64,000 bases of DNA from an uncultured bacterium (GCA_937903605.1 CALCZC010000028.1:70680-134679); one strand, 5' to 3'. Shown: positions 8,278-18,523, counted from the first letter of the stretch. Made by a program: numbers and translations. Notes: generated from the sequence alone by a model not told the origin.

Positions 8278-9666
8278 TTACCAAGTGCCGTAACCGGCTA
8301 TAAATTCCGCTTCTTCATGAATAAAGTAACCTGTCAAAAGAATATTGTTTTTTGCCCAATAAGGTTTGCTAGGTCTAGTTTTATTTGTTAATTTTTTTAA
8401 TATTAATGGATCTTCAACAACAGGTCCGATTTGGTGATAAATTTTTCCATTATAATACACCCCAATATGAGTCACCGGGGGCATCCCTTTGGGACTTCTA
8501 AATACCGGGGTAGTTGGTTGAGCAACTCCACTTTTAATAGTAACTGGTTTGCTTGAAGCATCAGCGATGGTACAACCATTGTTTCCTGTACGAAAATTTT
8601 CCCAAAGGCCTATCCAATTACTTCCCATACTTGTCATAAATACTAAATCCCCATCTTTTATTCCATCCAAATCGCAAGGGTGAAATTTTCCACCAGATAC
8701 AAATTTAGACGCTACATCCCAAGCTCCGTTGGAATTGGTAACATCTGGGATAGATCCGCAAGCATCGGCTAAAGATTTTTTTACCCAACCAAGACATAGT
8801 CCTGCAGTAGTACCAAAAAGTTCATTTTTTTTTGCATATTCCGGATATTTATTTAATGAACAGCTGCTAATGTTAAAAGAAGAAGTAAAAGTATAACCTA
8901 CAGAGGGGTTTGTTTCAGGAGCCCCTTCAGTATCTATAGTTAACGGTTCAATTAAAGTAACCCCCAAACTTCTCAAATTAACCAATTGAGGATTTATCAT
9001 ATAAAGCAAAGAATAAGAACCCCAGGCCAAAATCAAACCGATAATGGATTGAGTTATCCTTTTATAAGCTTCTTTGCGATCTCCGCCAAGTCCGGAAAAA
9101 ATAATTTTTATTCCGGAAATAATTATCATCAAAACCGCTAAAATACTTATAGCGGTTAATCCAAAATTATAAATTGCTCGAATATATTCGCCCATCCAAG
9201 GAAAATAAGCACGACCACTATCATCTGACATTTCGGGTGGATCTGAAAATTTATCAAATCCAGGGATCCTTACCTGTAAGGTTGGAGCTTGAAGTTTAAA
9301 TTCGTCTTCAATTTTTGTTGTTAAAGGTACTTTATTACTGTCTTTACACTGGGCGTTTCCTAATCCTTTTTTTAAAGCTGTGGCTTGACAAGTTGCATTT
9401 ATTAATTCATCGGTAATTTTAGATCCTGAAAGATAGGTGACTTCAGCAGTGAAAGAAGTTTCAAAAGTATCAGTTGGATTTGCATCCGGGTTGTAATATT
9501 CCGATTCCTGATCCTGAATAACCTGTGTTATTTGATATGTGCACTTACATTGTACTGGTGCCTTCAAAGGAATTGGATCAAAATCAGAATCTATTCTTTG
9601 GGCAAACAATAGTTGTGCTTTAAATAAATAACAAACAATAAATAATATTAAAAATATTTTTTTCAT
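8278..9666 (-). CDS. secreted/membrane-anchored protein with C-terminal CHAP/NlpC-P60-like Cys-His hydrolase domain and a central pilin-like hydrophobic hairpin
   Basis: Signal peptide MKKIFLILFIVCYLFKAQLLFA. Central TM pair LTAISILAVLMIIISGIKIIFSGLGG...IIGLILAWGSYSLLYMI. C-terminal region has Cys...His spacing (CLGW...C...HIGVYYNGKIYH) consistent with a CHAP-type amidase. Call is from motif spacing only. Confidence 0.5.
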   Translation of the reverse strand: MKKIFLILFIVCYLFKAQLLFAQRIDSDFDPIPLKAPVQCKCTYQITQVIQDQESEYYNPDANPTDTFETSFTAEVTYLSGSKITDELINATCQATALKKGLGNAQCKDSNKVPLTTKIEDEFKLQAPTLQVRIPGFDKFSDPPEMSDDSGRAYFPWMGEYIRAIYNFGLTAISILAVLMIIISGIKIIFSGLGGDRKEAYKRITQSIIGLILAWGSYSLLYMINPQLVNLRSLGVTLIEPLTIDTEGAPETNPSVGYTFTSSFNISSCSLNKYPEYAKKNELFGTTAGLCLGWVKKSLADACGSIPDVTNSNGAWDVASKFVSGGKFHPCDLDGIKDGDLVFMTSMGSNWIGLWENFRTGNNGCTIADASSKPVTIKSGVAQPTTPVFRSPKGMPPVTHIGVYYNGKIYHQIGPVVEDPLILKKLTNKTRPSKPYWAKNNILLTGYFIHEEAEFIAGYGTW

Positions 9667-9667
9667 A

Positions 9668-10315
9668 TTATTTTGACAAAACCCCGTTTAAAATATCTGC
9701 TATTTTTACATCCTCTGTTAGATTAAGTTTTTTATTATTTATAAAAATGTTTGGCACTTGAGATAAACCTAGATTTTTTAAACTGATTTGTTCTTTTTCA
9801 ATTGTGTTTTTATAAAATTCATTTTGTAAACAATCTTTGAACGTGGCTGAATTTAAGTTCAAAGTAGATATTATTTCATCAACAGTCGACTCATTAAACT
9901 TGTTAGGTTTGATGGCCAAATTTAAAAAATTCCAATATTGATTTTGGTCCTGAGCACACTGTAGTGCTAGCAAAGGAAAAATATTCTTGTGTCCCAGCCA
10001 ATTTTCTTGAGCGATACCTTTGACCAGAAGGCGAACCGTTCCGGGATTTTTTTCTATATAAGAAATGATTTCTGCATGTCTTTTTGCACAAGAAGGACAT
10101 TCTAGAGAAAAAAACTCTGTTACGGTTATTGGTGAACCTGGACTGCCAAACATCGGATCTTCTTCGGTTACCGGTAAATAAACAGACAGTTCTTCAACCA
10201 GTGGTTTTTCAACCGGTTTCACATTTATTTTACTGCTTTGTTTAATCACTGAAAAAGAAATAAAAACCATCAAGATTAGAATAAGCGTCCCAAGTAAAAA
10301 TATTTTTTTATTCAT
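9668..10315 (-). CDS. DsbA-like thiol:disulfide oxidoreductase (thioredoxin fold, CPSC active site)
   Basis: Signal anchor followed by FFSLECPSCAKRH, the CxxC motif in DsbA context. Confidence 0.7.
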   Translation of the reverse strand: MNKKIFLLGTLILILMVFISFSVIKQSSKINVKPVEKPLVEELSVYLPVTEEDPMFGSPGSPITVTEFFSLECPSCAKRHAEIISYIEKNPGTVRLLVKGIAQENWLGHKNIFPLLALQCAQDQNQYWNFLNLAIKPNKFNESTVDEIISTLNLNSATFKDCLQNEFYKNTIEKEQISLKNLGLSQVPNIFINNKKLNLTEDVKIADILNGVLSK

Positions 10316-10352
10316 AAACGAAAATTATAAAAAGGTTGATGATCAAACAAAA

Positions 10353-11591
10353 CTATTGTTTAGCCTCAAATAACCCAGATTGATTATAGTCTGAAAAAAA
10401 TAGTTTATTTTCATTTTTATCAAAATAAATATTTTTTATAGAATAATCGCCATTTAAATTTATGACTGATTTAAAACCTGTAAATAAATCTATTTTATAA
10501 AGATCGTCAGGTGTGCCATCAGCGATTTTTGGTGATATGCCGGCGCCTTGCGGTAAGGATCGGGGAACTGCACAATAAAGTGTGTTGTCGTCAGCAAAAG
10601 TACATTTGTCAGCCCAAGTATTTAATTTCAATAACTCTCTTCCCGATCCTATATAATCTCCGGAAGAATTTACTACCCATAATTCCGGTTTATAATCACT
10701 TGCTGGACTATAAACATTATAAATTAATTTTTGTCCGGTCGGGGACCACTGTGAGTCAAATCCTAAGCCCTCAACAGTAATAGATTTGAAATTTTCACTA
10801 TTTTGTCCAACTAATAAAATTTCTTTTCGATAAGCTCCAAGATCGTTTGAACCCGTTTTACTAAAAGCGATTACTTGTCTATTTGGCGACCAAGAAACCG
10901 TAACCTTGTCGGCGTTTTCACCCATTGGTTCTATGAGACGAGTATCTGTGCCATCATCGTCAACGGTTAAAAGCCAACGATTTTCTGGGGAATACCCAAT
11001 ACTTTTGGCAGCGATTTTGTCATCATCGGGTGAAAAAGAAAATTCTTCCCAATGAGAAGGTACGGTGTACTGTTTGTCTTTTTCAAAATTATAAATAATC
11101 TTTGATTTATCAGGAAACTCAAGTACGGCTTTGTCGGAATTATTTGCCCAAGTAGTTTGAGAAACGCCATAAAAAACTTTTTCAGACAAACTTTCTGTTG
11201 TGCCGTCTTTTTTAACATGATAAAATTTTCCATCACTTTCATTATAAAAACGCATTTCTCCGTTGGTATTGTTGATAGAGGTGTAAGAAACTGGTCGGTC
11301 TACAATTTTATTTACCACTTCCGGCTGAGAAACACCGGCTCCGATGTCGGGCAATACTCCGGCAGTAGGTAGAGTAGTGGTTATTATTTGTCCTCCCGGA
11401 CCAGTAGTAGTAACAATTCTCTCTCCAGAAGGAGTAAAACCGGGAACCGTAATTCCAGGAATTTCTTCCGTTGGTGGTAAAGCCTCTTTTGGTAGTGTTT
11501 TTGAAAAGAGAAAATAAAGACCAAATCCCAAAAGGATAGTGACTAAAATCAAAACAATAATTAAAAGAATTTTTTTGGTAGCAACTGTCAT
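10353..11591 (-). CDS. membrane-anchored TolB-like/PD40 beta-propeller protein
   Basis: N-terminal TM helix then a repetitive beta-rich sequence with W/Y..D..G..F periodicity typical of PD40 propellers. Weak motif-level call. Confidence 0.45.
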   Translation of the reverse strand: MTVATKKILLIIVLILVTILLGFGLYFLFSKTLPKEALPPTEEIPGITVPGFTPSGERIVTTTGPGGQIITTTLPTAGVLPDIGAGVSQPEVVNKIVDRPVSYTSINNTNGEMRFYNESDGKFYHVKKDGTTESLSEKVFYGVSQTTWANNSDKAVLEFPDKSKIIYNFEKDKQYTVPSHWEEFSFSPDDDKIAAKSIGYSPENRWLLTVDDDGTDTRLIEPMGENADKVTVSWSPNRQVIAFSKTGSNDLGAYRKEILLVGQNSENFKSITVEGLGFDSQWSPTGQKLIYNVYSPASDYKPELWVVNSSGDYIGSGRELLKLNTWADKCTFADDNTLYCAVPRSLPQGAGISPKIADGTPDDLYKIDLFTGFKSVINLNGDYSIKNIYFDKNENKLFFSDYNQSGLFEAKQ

Positions 11592-11619
11592 ATATTTATA
11601 TATTATATATTTATATATT

Positions 11620-12180
11620 TTATTTTTTTGTTATATCTATTTTTCCTGCTTGTTCCATAAAAGGTTTGATTTTTGGCCATATCATAGGAGTTGCAATCAG
11701 AGAAGCGCAAGGAGGTATTATAATAAATAAAATAGTGCCAACTATCGGTAATAAGTTTAAAAAAGCAAAAAGAAAACTCAGTAAAAACCAGACCGCTAAA
11801 AAACTAGCTACTTTTTCTCCGGTTATTTTTTTTAAAACATTAACTATAGTGGCTATCAATTTTATATACCAGCCTATACCTGGAATATTTGTAGCGGCTG
11901 CAGCGGCTAATTTAGCTGCTTCTTCTTCCTGAGTAGAGACTTTTCTTTCTTGTTTTTCTTGGTTAAAACGAGGAGAAAGCTCGTTTTGTTGCTCCGGCGA
12001 CAAATCCGAATTGGCTTGTTTTTCTTGATCTTCTTGCTGTTTTGTTTCTTTTTGCTGTTTTTGTTGTTTAAAAGCTTCTTCACTGGCATTGGCGGTTGAA
12101 GATGGTAAATCCGGCTGTTCGTATTCAAAAGGCTGTGGCGGTTGGTATGGTTTTTTGTTGTCGGGTAGATTGTCCGCCAT
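11620..12180 (-). CDS. hypothetical protein: Pro/Gln/Glu-rich disordered N-terminus with C-terminal double TM
   Basis: QQKQQKETKQQEDQEKQ low-complexity region followed by two hydrophobic helices. Confidence 0.4.
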   Translation of the reverse strand: MADNLPDNKKPYQPPQPFEYEQPDLPSSTANASEEAFKQQKQQKETKQQEDQEKQANSDLSPEQQNELSPRFNQEKQERKVSTQEEEAAKLAAAAATNIPGIGWYIKLIATIVNVLKKITGEKVASFLAVWFLLSFLFAFLNLLPIVGTILFIIIPPCASLIATPMIWPKIKPFMEQAGKIDITKK

Positions 12181-12218
12181 ATCCTTTTATTTAAAATTTA
12201 AGATTTAAAATTCAAAAG

Positions 12219-14747
12219 TTAAATGACTATCAGTTTTTCTTTTTGTAATTTCAAACTGTAGTGCTTTTTAATTTTGCCTTTTAGTATAATCTCCGTCATT
12301 AATTCTTCCACTTGGTTTTCAATGAGAGTTTTTAGTTCGCGAGCGTTTTGATTTTGCGGTTTAAGTTGGTCTATCACCCAGGAGAGAGTTTTTTCCGGTG
12401 CTGTGATTTTAGTTTTATAATTCTTCAGTCTTTCGTTGAAAAGCTCTATTTCCAAGCGAGCTATCTTTTCCAAATGTTTTTTATCAAGTTGATTAAAAAG
12501 ACATATTTTATCCAAGCGATTGATAAACTCCGGAGAAAATCTTTCTTTTAGTTTTTCGGAAAGTTTATTTTGAGCGTCAAACCCTTTTTCTTTGGTATCA
12601 CCAAAACCGACCGCTCCTTTTTGTAGCTCGTCGGCAAACAGGGAAGTGGTCAATATTATTATAGCATGTTTTAGAGAAATTTTCTTCCCTGTAGAATCGG
12701 TGATAGATCCGTTTTCCAGCATCTGCAAAAGTAGCTTGGTAACGTCACGATGAGCTTTGTCTATTTCATCAAATAAAACAATACAATATGGATTCATCTT
12801 TATTCTATCGGTAAATTGGTTGGCTTCTTTATAACCCACATAACCGGCAGGGGAGCCTAACAATTTGGATACTCCGAAAGATTCGTTAAATTCACTCATA
12901 TCCAGTTTTATCAGAGCTTCGGATCCAGGATAAAGATTTTGTGCCAAAAGTTTGGCCAGTTCGGTTTTACCGGTTCCGGATACGCCGACAAATAAAAACG
13001 AGGCCAGTGGTTTTTGCGGGTCAGTCAAACCAAGTTGAGATTTTTCTATGGTTTTGACAATATTTTCTATGATATCATCTTGACCGACCAGTCTTTTTTT
13101 GAGATTTTCTTTGATTTTGGCAAAGCGATCTCTGTTGTCCAAAATCAATTCATTGGGTTGAGTGTTTATAATCTTGGCGATAGTTTGAAGAACATCCTTT
13201 TCCGTGACTGTGCCAAGATATTTTTCTTTTTGTTGAGTAATTTCTCTTTCTAAATTTTTTATTTCATGAGCTATTTTTATTTCATCTTCTTTCATAGTCA
13301 TGGCCAAACCAAAATCATTATCCAAGGCCGCCTTTTCTTTGTCAAAAGTTATTTTGTTTAATTTTTTACGCAATTGCCAAAGACGACTTTGTTTGGGGTC
13401 TGCGCCAAAACTCAGTCTTTTGGCCGAAGCTGTTTCGTCAATAAGGTCAATAGCTTTGTCAGGTAAAAATTTATCATTGATATAGCGATTGGCGAGATTA
13501 ACCGCGGAAACTATGGCTTTGTCGTTGATTTTTACTTGATGATATTTTTCATAATTTTTTTTCAGACCACTCAGAATTTTTACGGTTTCTTCCGGACTTG
13601 GTTCACGTACTATTATCGGTTGAAAACGGCGTTCCAACGCCGCATCACTCTCAATAAATTTTTTGAACTCCGCTCCGGTAGTACTACCGATACAACGGAT
13701 TTGTCCGCGCGCTAAAGCCGGTTTCAATATATTGGCCGCATCCATCGTTCCTTGCGAACTGCCGGCTCCGACAATATTGTGCAGCTCATCAATAAACAAA
13801 ATAATATTAGGATTTTGTAGAGTTTCTTCAATCACTTGTCGCAAACGTGATTCAAATTCTCCGCGATACATGGTGCCGGCGATGAGTAATCCCATATCAA
13901 GTGCATATATTTTTTTATATTTCATTATTTCCGGCACATCACCCTGTGTAATTTTTTTGGCCAAACCCTCAACAATCGCTGTTTTACCGACTCCCGGATC
14001 ACCAAGCAATATCGGATTATTTTTATTACGGCGACAGATTATCTGAACGAGACGATCAAGCTCTTTTTCTCGACCAATAACAGGGTCAATGTTTTTTTGT
14101 ATTTCTGGATTGGTTAATTCGGTCGCAAAAAAATCCAAGGCTGATTCTTGTTTTTGACCTATGGATTTTTTATTTTGTTTAGGCATGATTTCCGGAGGTA
14201 ATGGCATATCACTTTCAAAATTTTCTGAAATTTTATCCATGGTTTGGGATATCTCATCCATTTGCGGGAATTGCGAGGTGCCAACTAAAATATTTTTTAA
14301 TTGTGATTCTATGTCTGTGATAGAAATTTTACTTTGTTGCAGTATTTCCGAGATATCTCCGTCATTGGCTTGTAGTAGTGCGCTAAGTAAGTGTTCGGTA
14401 CCCAAAAAATTATGGTTATTTTCCGAAGCTATCAAAAAAGCTTTTTCCAAAATGGTTTTAGCAGACGGTGATAGCGGAGATAGTGATGCTTGGGCTGTTG
14501 TTTGAGAGGGGATTTGTCCGGGATTTTTACCATCTTCAGAAGGAATACTGAGAATTTTATTTTCCAGTAAATTTTCTTGTAGTTTGGCTTTATCCAATAT
14601 TTCATGAGCCAGTGAACCCTTTTCTTTAAACAGTGAAAACAAGAGATGAACAGGCCTAACCTCTTTTTGTTTGAGCTCTGTAGCCAGCTGGATGGCTTTT
14701 ACCAAAACATTTTTGAGATGATTGCTAAAACGTTCAGAAAGATGCAT
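12219..14747 (-). CDS. clpC: Clp/Hsp100 AAA+ chaperone ATPase (ClpC-like; ClpP-docking VGF loop present)
   Basis: Clp_N repeats. AAA-1 Walker A GDPGVGKTAIVEGLA. AAA-2 Walker A GVSGTGKTELAK. VGFG loop. Sensor-2 region. 842 aa. Confidence 0.85.
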   Translation of the reverse strand: MHLSERFSNHLKNVLVKAIQLATELKQKEVRPVHLLFSLFKEKGSLAHEILDKAKLQENLLENKILSIPSEDGKNPGQIPSQTTAQASLSPLSPSAKTILEKAFLIASENNHNFLGTEHLLSALLQANDGDISEILQQSKISITDIESQLKNILVGTSQFPQMDEISQTMDKISENFESDMPLPPEIMPKQNKKSIGQKQESALDFFATELTNPEIQKNIDPVIGREKELDRLVQIICRRNKNNPILLGDPGVGKTAIVEGLAKKITQGDVPEIMKYKKIYALDMGLLIAGTMYRGEFESRLRQVIEETLQNPNIILFIDELHNIVGAGSSQGTMDAANILKPALARGQIRCIGSTTGAEFKKFIESDAALERRFQPIIVREPSPEETVKILSGLKKNYEKYHQVKINDKAIVSAVNLANRYINDKFLPDKAIDLIDETASAKRLSFGADPKQSRLWQLRKKLNKITFDKEKAALDNDFGLAMTMKEDEIKIAHEIKNLEREITQQKEKYLGTVTEKDVLQTIAKIINTQPNELILDNRDRFAKIKENLKKRLVGQDDIIENIVKTIEKSQLGLTDPQKPLASFLFVGVSGTGKTELAKLLAQNLYPGSEALIKLDMSEFNESFGVSKLLGSPAGYVGYKEANQFTDRIKMNPYCIVLFDEIDKAHRDVTKLLLQMLENGSITDSTGKKISLKHAIIILTTSLFADELQKGAVGFGDTKEKGFDAQNKLSEKLKERFSPEFINRLDKICLFNQLDKKHLEKIARLEIELFNERLKNYKTKITAPEKTLSWVIDQLKPQNQNARELKTLIENQVEELMTEIILKGKIKKHYSLKLQKEKLIVI

Positions 14748-14749
14748 AG

Positions 14750-14850
14750 AGTAAGTTAATAATTGTTTTAAATGTTAATAATTGTTCTAGATGTTTTAAA
14801 AAACAAGTGAAGCGATAAAACAATTAGAACAAGCGCTTTAGCGCGATAAA
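14750..14850. repeat. R1 dispersed intergenic repeat (TTGTTCTAGATGTT ... AACAAGTGAAGCGATAAAA ... CAATTAGAACAAGCGCTTTAGCGCGATAAA)
   Basis: Same motifs recur at 23822-23975, 24361-24415 and, inverted, at 49008-49095. Confidence 0.55.
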
Positions 14851-14853
14851 TCT

Positions 14854-15315
14854 TTAAGATACTTCTTCCACTTCATGCCTGAGCATGATGTTATAATCCA
14901 TAAATTCAAAATAGCCGTTGAATTTTTTACCGGCAAAAAGCAAAGGCAGCCAATATTTGTCATCAGCCCACATTTTGTCATAAGGTACTTCACTTTTATT
15001 AAACCAATGGGGGCGCATTTCCTCGGTTTCGCTCGGGATGCCGTCAAAATCAGTAACGGAAAAAACCGAAACCTCCATTTCTTCACTTGCGCCATCTTGA
15101 AATTTGAAATTCAGTTTACCGATCAATTCCATTTTGGTCGGAGTTATACTGGCTTCCTCTTGTGTTTCACGAATAGCCGCTTGTTCTATAGTTTCACCCT
15201 GCTGCACTTTACCGCCAAAACCGTTCCAACGATCAGCGCCAAATCCTCTTTTTTTCATACCTAAAAGCACCCTACCTTCATCATGAACGATACAGAGAGT
15301 TAATATTTTTTGCAT
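14854..15315 (-). CDS. NUDIX hydrolase
   Basis: Nudix box GGKVQQGETIEQAAIRETQEEASI. Confidence 0.8.
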   Translation of the reverse strand: MQKILTLCIVHDEGRVLLGMKKRGFGADRWNGFGGKVQQGETIEQAAIRETQEEASITPTKMELIGKLNFKFQDGASEEMEVSVFSVTDFDGIPSETEEMRPHWFNKSEVPYDKMWADDKYWLPLLFAGKKFNGYFEFMDYNIMLRHEVEEVS

Positions 15316-15401
15316 AATATCAAAAATAAGAAATTTGCTTAATTCTTGGGGTTATTATATAATTTTTTTAGATAAAAAACAAGTTTTAAATATCAATTTT
15401 T

Positions 15402-16757
15402 ATGTCAATTTATAAAGCTTACGATATTCGCGGTATTTACCCGGATGAATTAAACGAAGAGTTAGCCAAAAAAATCGCTCAAGCTTTTGCTGTGATGCGT
15501 AAAAAAGAGCTCAACAAAGAGCAAATTACTCTTGTGGTTGGTGCTGATATGAGATTGTCTTCTCCGAGTTTGAAAAAACAAGTGATTGAAGGATTGTTTG
15601 AAAGCGGGGTTAGAGTGATTGATATTGATTTGGTTTCCACTCCGACCTTTTATTTTGCCGTTTCTTATTTTGGTTATGACGGCGGGTTGATGGTATCTGC
15701 TTCTCACAATCCAGCCCAATACAATGGGATAAAACTAGTACGTGAAGGCGCCAAACCTTTTGGTCAAGGCAATGGTATGGAAGAACTACAAAAAATAGTT
15801 GAACAGAACGAGTTTGTTATTTCAGAAAACAAGGGTAACATAATTTCAAAAGAAGAAATGCTTTTTACTCAAACCAAAGAAGAAGAAAAATTTGCGGATT
15901 TGAAAAAAATTAAATCCATGAAAATCGTAGCTGATGCAGCCAATGCCATGGGGGCGCAATATTTGTCAGAGTTATTTGCCGACCTGCCGCAAATAGAACT
16001 TATCAAAATGAATTTTGACTTAGACGGCACATTTCCCTCTCACGAAGCCGATCCGTTCAAAGATGAAAATATAGCGGATTTGAAAAAATGCGTTTTGCAA
16101 GAAAAAGCGGATTTGGGAATTGCGACCGATGGTGATGGGGATAGAATATTTTTTATTGATAATAAAGGCGAATTGGTAGAACCCTCTATAATCCGAGGAA
16201 TTATGGCGGAATTATTTTTGCGTGATAATCCGGGGAGTACAATTTGTTATGATATTCGTCCGGGTAAGATTACTCGCGATATGATAGAGCAAAACGGCGG
16301 TGTGCCAAGCGTCACCAGAGTTGGGCATTCGCTTATCAAAAAACAAATGCTTGAAACTGGCGCGGTTTTCGGCGGAGAATCATCCGGACATTTCTTTGTT
16401 AAATTTCCTTATGGCGTTTTTGAAGCCCCGATGGTTGTCACTTTGAAGCTTTTGCAAGAGCTTTCGGAAAAAAATATTTCACTTGCCGATTATACCGAGC
16501 CTCTTAAAAAATACTTTCACTCCGGAGAAATAAATTTCAAAGTTGCGGACAAAAATGTGGTGATGCAAAAACTCAAAGAAAAATTTGCGGACGCCGAGAT
16601 TTCTGATTTGGACGGGTTAACTTTTGAATATCCTGATTTTTGGTTTAATGTCCGGGCCAGTAACACGGAATCACTTTTACGGTTAAATTTGGAAGGTATA
16701 GATAATAAAATTGTTGAAGAAAAAACTGCTAAAATTAGCGAAATTATTAGTAAATAA
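15402..16757 (+). CDS. phosphomannomutase/phosphoglucomutase (alpha-D-phosphohexomutase family)
   Basis: Active-site loop VSASHNPAQYNGIKL. Metal-binding DGDGDR. Sugar-binding GGESSGH. Confidence 0.85.
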   Translation: MSIYKAYDIRGIYPDELNEELAKKIAQAFAVMRKKELNKEQITLVVGADMRLSSPSLKKQVIEGLFESGVRVIDIDLVSTPTFYFAVSYFGYDGGLMVSASHNPAQYNGIKLVREGAKPFGQGNGMEELQKIVEQNEFVISENKGNIISKEEMLFTQTKEEEKFADLKKIKSMKIVADAANAMGAQYLSELFADLPQIELIKMNFDLDGTFPSHEADPFKDENIADLKKCVLQEKADLGIATDGDGDRIFFIDNKGELVEPSIIRGIMAELFLRDNPGSTICYDIRPGKITRDMIEQNGGVPSVTRVGHSLIKKQMLETGAVFGGESSGHFFVKFPYGVFEAPMVVTLKLLQELSEKNISLADYTEPLKKYFHSGEINFKVADKNVVMQKLKEKFADAEISDLDGLTFEYPDFWFNVRASNTESLLRLNLEGIDNKIVEEKTAKISEIISK

Positions 16758-16777
16758 TAACAAAAATACATAAAAAG

Positions 16778-16810
16778 ACCTTGCTTACCTAAAGTAAGGT
16801 TTTTTATTAT
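16778..16810 (+). terminator. rho-independent terminator after phosphomannomutase
   Basis: aagaccttgcttacctaaagtaaggttttttatt. Confidence 0.5.
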
Positions 16811-16947
16811 TGACTTTTTCGTTAATCTATGTTATTTTTGACCGGATTAGTACCTTGATAATTAAACAAAGAAAAAATATTACGATTACGGTTAAAAAGA
16901 AATTGTAAATAAGTCCGATTACTTAATTTTTTGTGGAGGTTATTACC

Positions 16948-17514
16948 ATGAATTCCTATGTTAAAGATCCAAAAGTAGATGCTATTGCTGAGAAAATATT
17001 GGCAGCGTTTCCTAAAAGAAAACTGTCAAGAATACTCGGTTTGACCAGACCGTTGTGGCACAGGGCGGTGTTTGATGACACCGCGGAAGAGATTGTGCTT
17101 TTGAACGAAGAAATTTTGAAAGCAAGAACTAGAAGATCTACCGCCAACAAGTTTTATCATGTCGGTAAGGCGGAAACTTGCAACGATCTTTGCCGGATTT
17201 TGCTTGATGGCAAGGTATTTTTCAAGGAGGAAATGTTGGATTTTTTGAATAGACCGTTCGTCGGTTTGGAATTCACCAAAAGTACTTTTGAAAAATGCAG
17301 TTGGGGAATTTTTATCACCACTTCGGAAATTCTCACGGCATGCAGGAAGTCAGATCGTGATCATGAGAAATTTGCGTTTTTTGCTCCGATAAAAAGGTAC
17401 GAGGCGATTTTGCTTCCTACTCCTCTGGTTCAAGTTGTAGCCGGGGAATTTCCTCAGTACAAAAATTTACTCAAAGGGTACCGTAAATTCGCCGAAGAAC
17501 TGTCCAAACTTTGA
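16948..17514 (+). CDS. hypothetical protein (no recognisable motif)
   Basis: RBS GGAGG 7 nt before the ATG at 16948. 189 aa. Terminator hairpin AGGAAAGGTtaatcACCTTTCCTTTTTT at 17529-17560. Confidence 0.5.
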   Translation: MNSYVKDPKVDAIAEKILAAFPKRKLSRILGLTRPLWHRAVFDDTAEEIVLLNEEILKARTRRSTANKFYHVGKAETCNDLCRILLDGKVFFKEEMLDFLNRPFVGLEFTKSTFEKCSWGIFITTSEILTACRKSDRDHEKFAFFAPIKRYEAILLPTPLVQVVAGEFPQYKNLLKGYRKFAEELSKL

Positions 17515-17580
17515 TCGTAATTTTTTCTCAAGGAAAGGTTAATCACCTTTCCTTTTTTATTGAGTTTAAGATTAAAGGGA

Positions 17581-17609
17581 TTGACATTTTATTGGAAATG
17601 TACTATACT
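17581..17609 (+). promoter_or_regulatory. consensus sigma70-type promoter TTGACA-N17-TATACT
   Basis: ttgacattttattggaaatgtactatact, 22 nt upstream of a GGAGGTG RBS. Confidence 0.6.
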
Positions 17610-17641
17610 GGTGCAAGTCCTTTTTATTTTTGGAGGTGTCT

Positions 17642-17782
17642 ATGAAAAGAAAACGGTTTGAAGCTATCTTGGGATTTTGTCTGGGTTTTCTGTTTCAGGT
17701 CATTTTTATTTACGCAATGAAATTCGGCAAATTCACGGAAAGATGGGAGAGGAAAATCCCGTCTTTTAGGACCGTAAGATAA
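17642..17782 (+). CDS. small hydrophobic peptide (46 aa): MKRKRFEAILGFCLGFLFQVIFIYAMKFGKFTERWERKIPSFRTVR
   Basis: Not in the ORF track (under 60 aa). Has a consensus promoter, RBS GGAGGTG 4 nt before the ATG, one predicted TM helix, and a terminator CCAAGGCTaacaAAGCCTTGGTTTTTTT at 17791-17818. Confidence 0.45.
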   Translation: MKRKRFEAILGFCLGFLFQVIFIYAMKFGKFTERWERKIPSFRTVR

Positions 17783-17893
17783 TTATTTACCAAGGCTAAC
17801 AAAGCCTTGGTTTTTTTATGGAGTAAACCCCGTGAAATGGCGCTTCGCGCCAATTTTTACCTTGAGGTAAAAATTATTTTACAGGGGTAAATA

Positions 17894-17925
17894 TTGACAT
17901 ATTTCTTATTTTATGCTTAAATAAT
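17894..17925 (+). promoter_or_regulatory. promoter of ankyrin-like gene 1 (TTGACA, 17-nt spacer, TTAAAT/TAAATA)
   Basis: ttgacatatttcttattttatgcttaaataat. Nearly identical architecture recurs at 18524-18552 upstream of the paralog. Confidence 0.5.
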
Positions 17926-17960
17926 CTATTCGTTCCCTAACATTTTAAAAGGAGGGTTAG

Positions 17961-18476
17961 ATGAAGAAAATCGACCAGGCTCTTTGTACCGCTCTAAAAA
18001 GTCGACATTACCATGAAGCGAAAGATCTTCTCAAAAAAGGCGCCGACGCCAATGCTGTTTTCGAAGATAAGCACCATAGTCTGGAGGACTATTTTGCTCA
18101 TGGCAATGTCGTAAAGATGCTTGAACTTCTCTGCGACTATGATCTGGACATCAACCGCAAAGACCATTACGACCATACCTTGCTGGAAACGGCTATTTAT
18201 CTTTGCGATAAAAAGATGTTCCAGTTTTTGCTCAAGACCGGCAAACAAAACCTGAAGATCAAAACTTCGTTTGGCACCAGCTATCTTTGCCTGGCGCTCA
18301 AGGCGCGGCAGAAATATGCTTGTGACAAATGTTTTGTGGTAGGGTTGCTCGAAGCCGGGGCTGATTGGAGACAGGACAAATGTTTCGCCATAGATGAGGT
18401 GGAAGCGGTGGAATACGGAGATAATTTCTCCAGACTCGCTTCGTTCCTTATAAAAAAAGCGGTTTTTTTCAAATAG
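17961..18476 (+). CDS. ankyrin-repeat-like protein
   Basis: LLKKGADANAV and LLEAGADWRQD match the ANK consensus LLxxGADxNA. Own promoter, RBS GGAGGG, and terminator AGGCCCTgacaAAGGGCCTTTTTT at 18483-18511. Confidence 0.6.
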   Translation: MKKIDQALCTALKSRHYHEAKDLLKKGADANAVFEDKHHSLEDYFAHGNVVKMLELLCDYDLDINRKDHYDHTLLETAIYLCDKKMFQFLLKTGKQNLKIKTSFGTSYLCLALKARQKYACDKCFVVGLLEAGADWRQDKCFAIDEVEAVEYGDNFSRLASFLIKKAVFFK

Positions 18477-18523
18477 TTTCACAAGGCCCTGACAAAGGGC
18501 CTTTTTTCTTACTCTAGTGAACC

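Noticed and set aside
14838-15095. 85-aa ORF overlapping the NUDIX gene
   Set aside because: Same strand, different frame, inside the NUDIX hydrolase ORF, which carries the Nudix box. Spurious.
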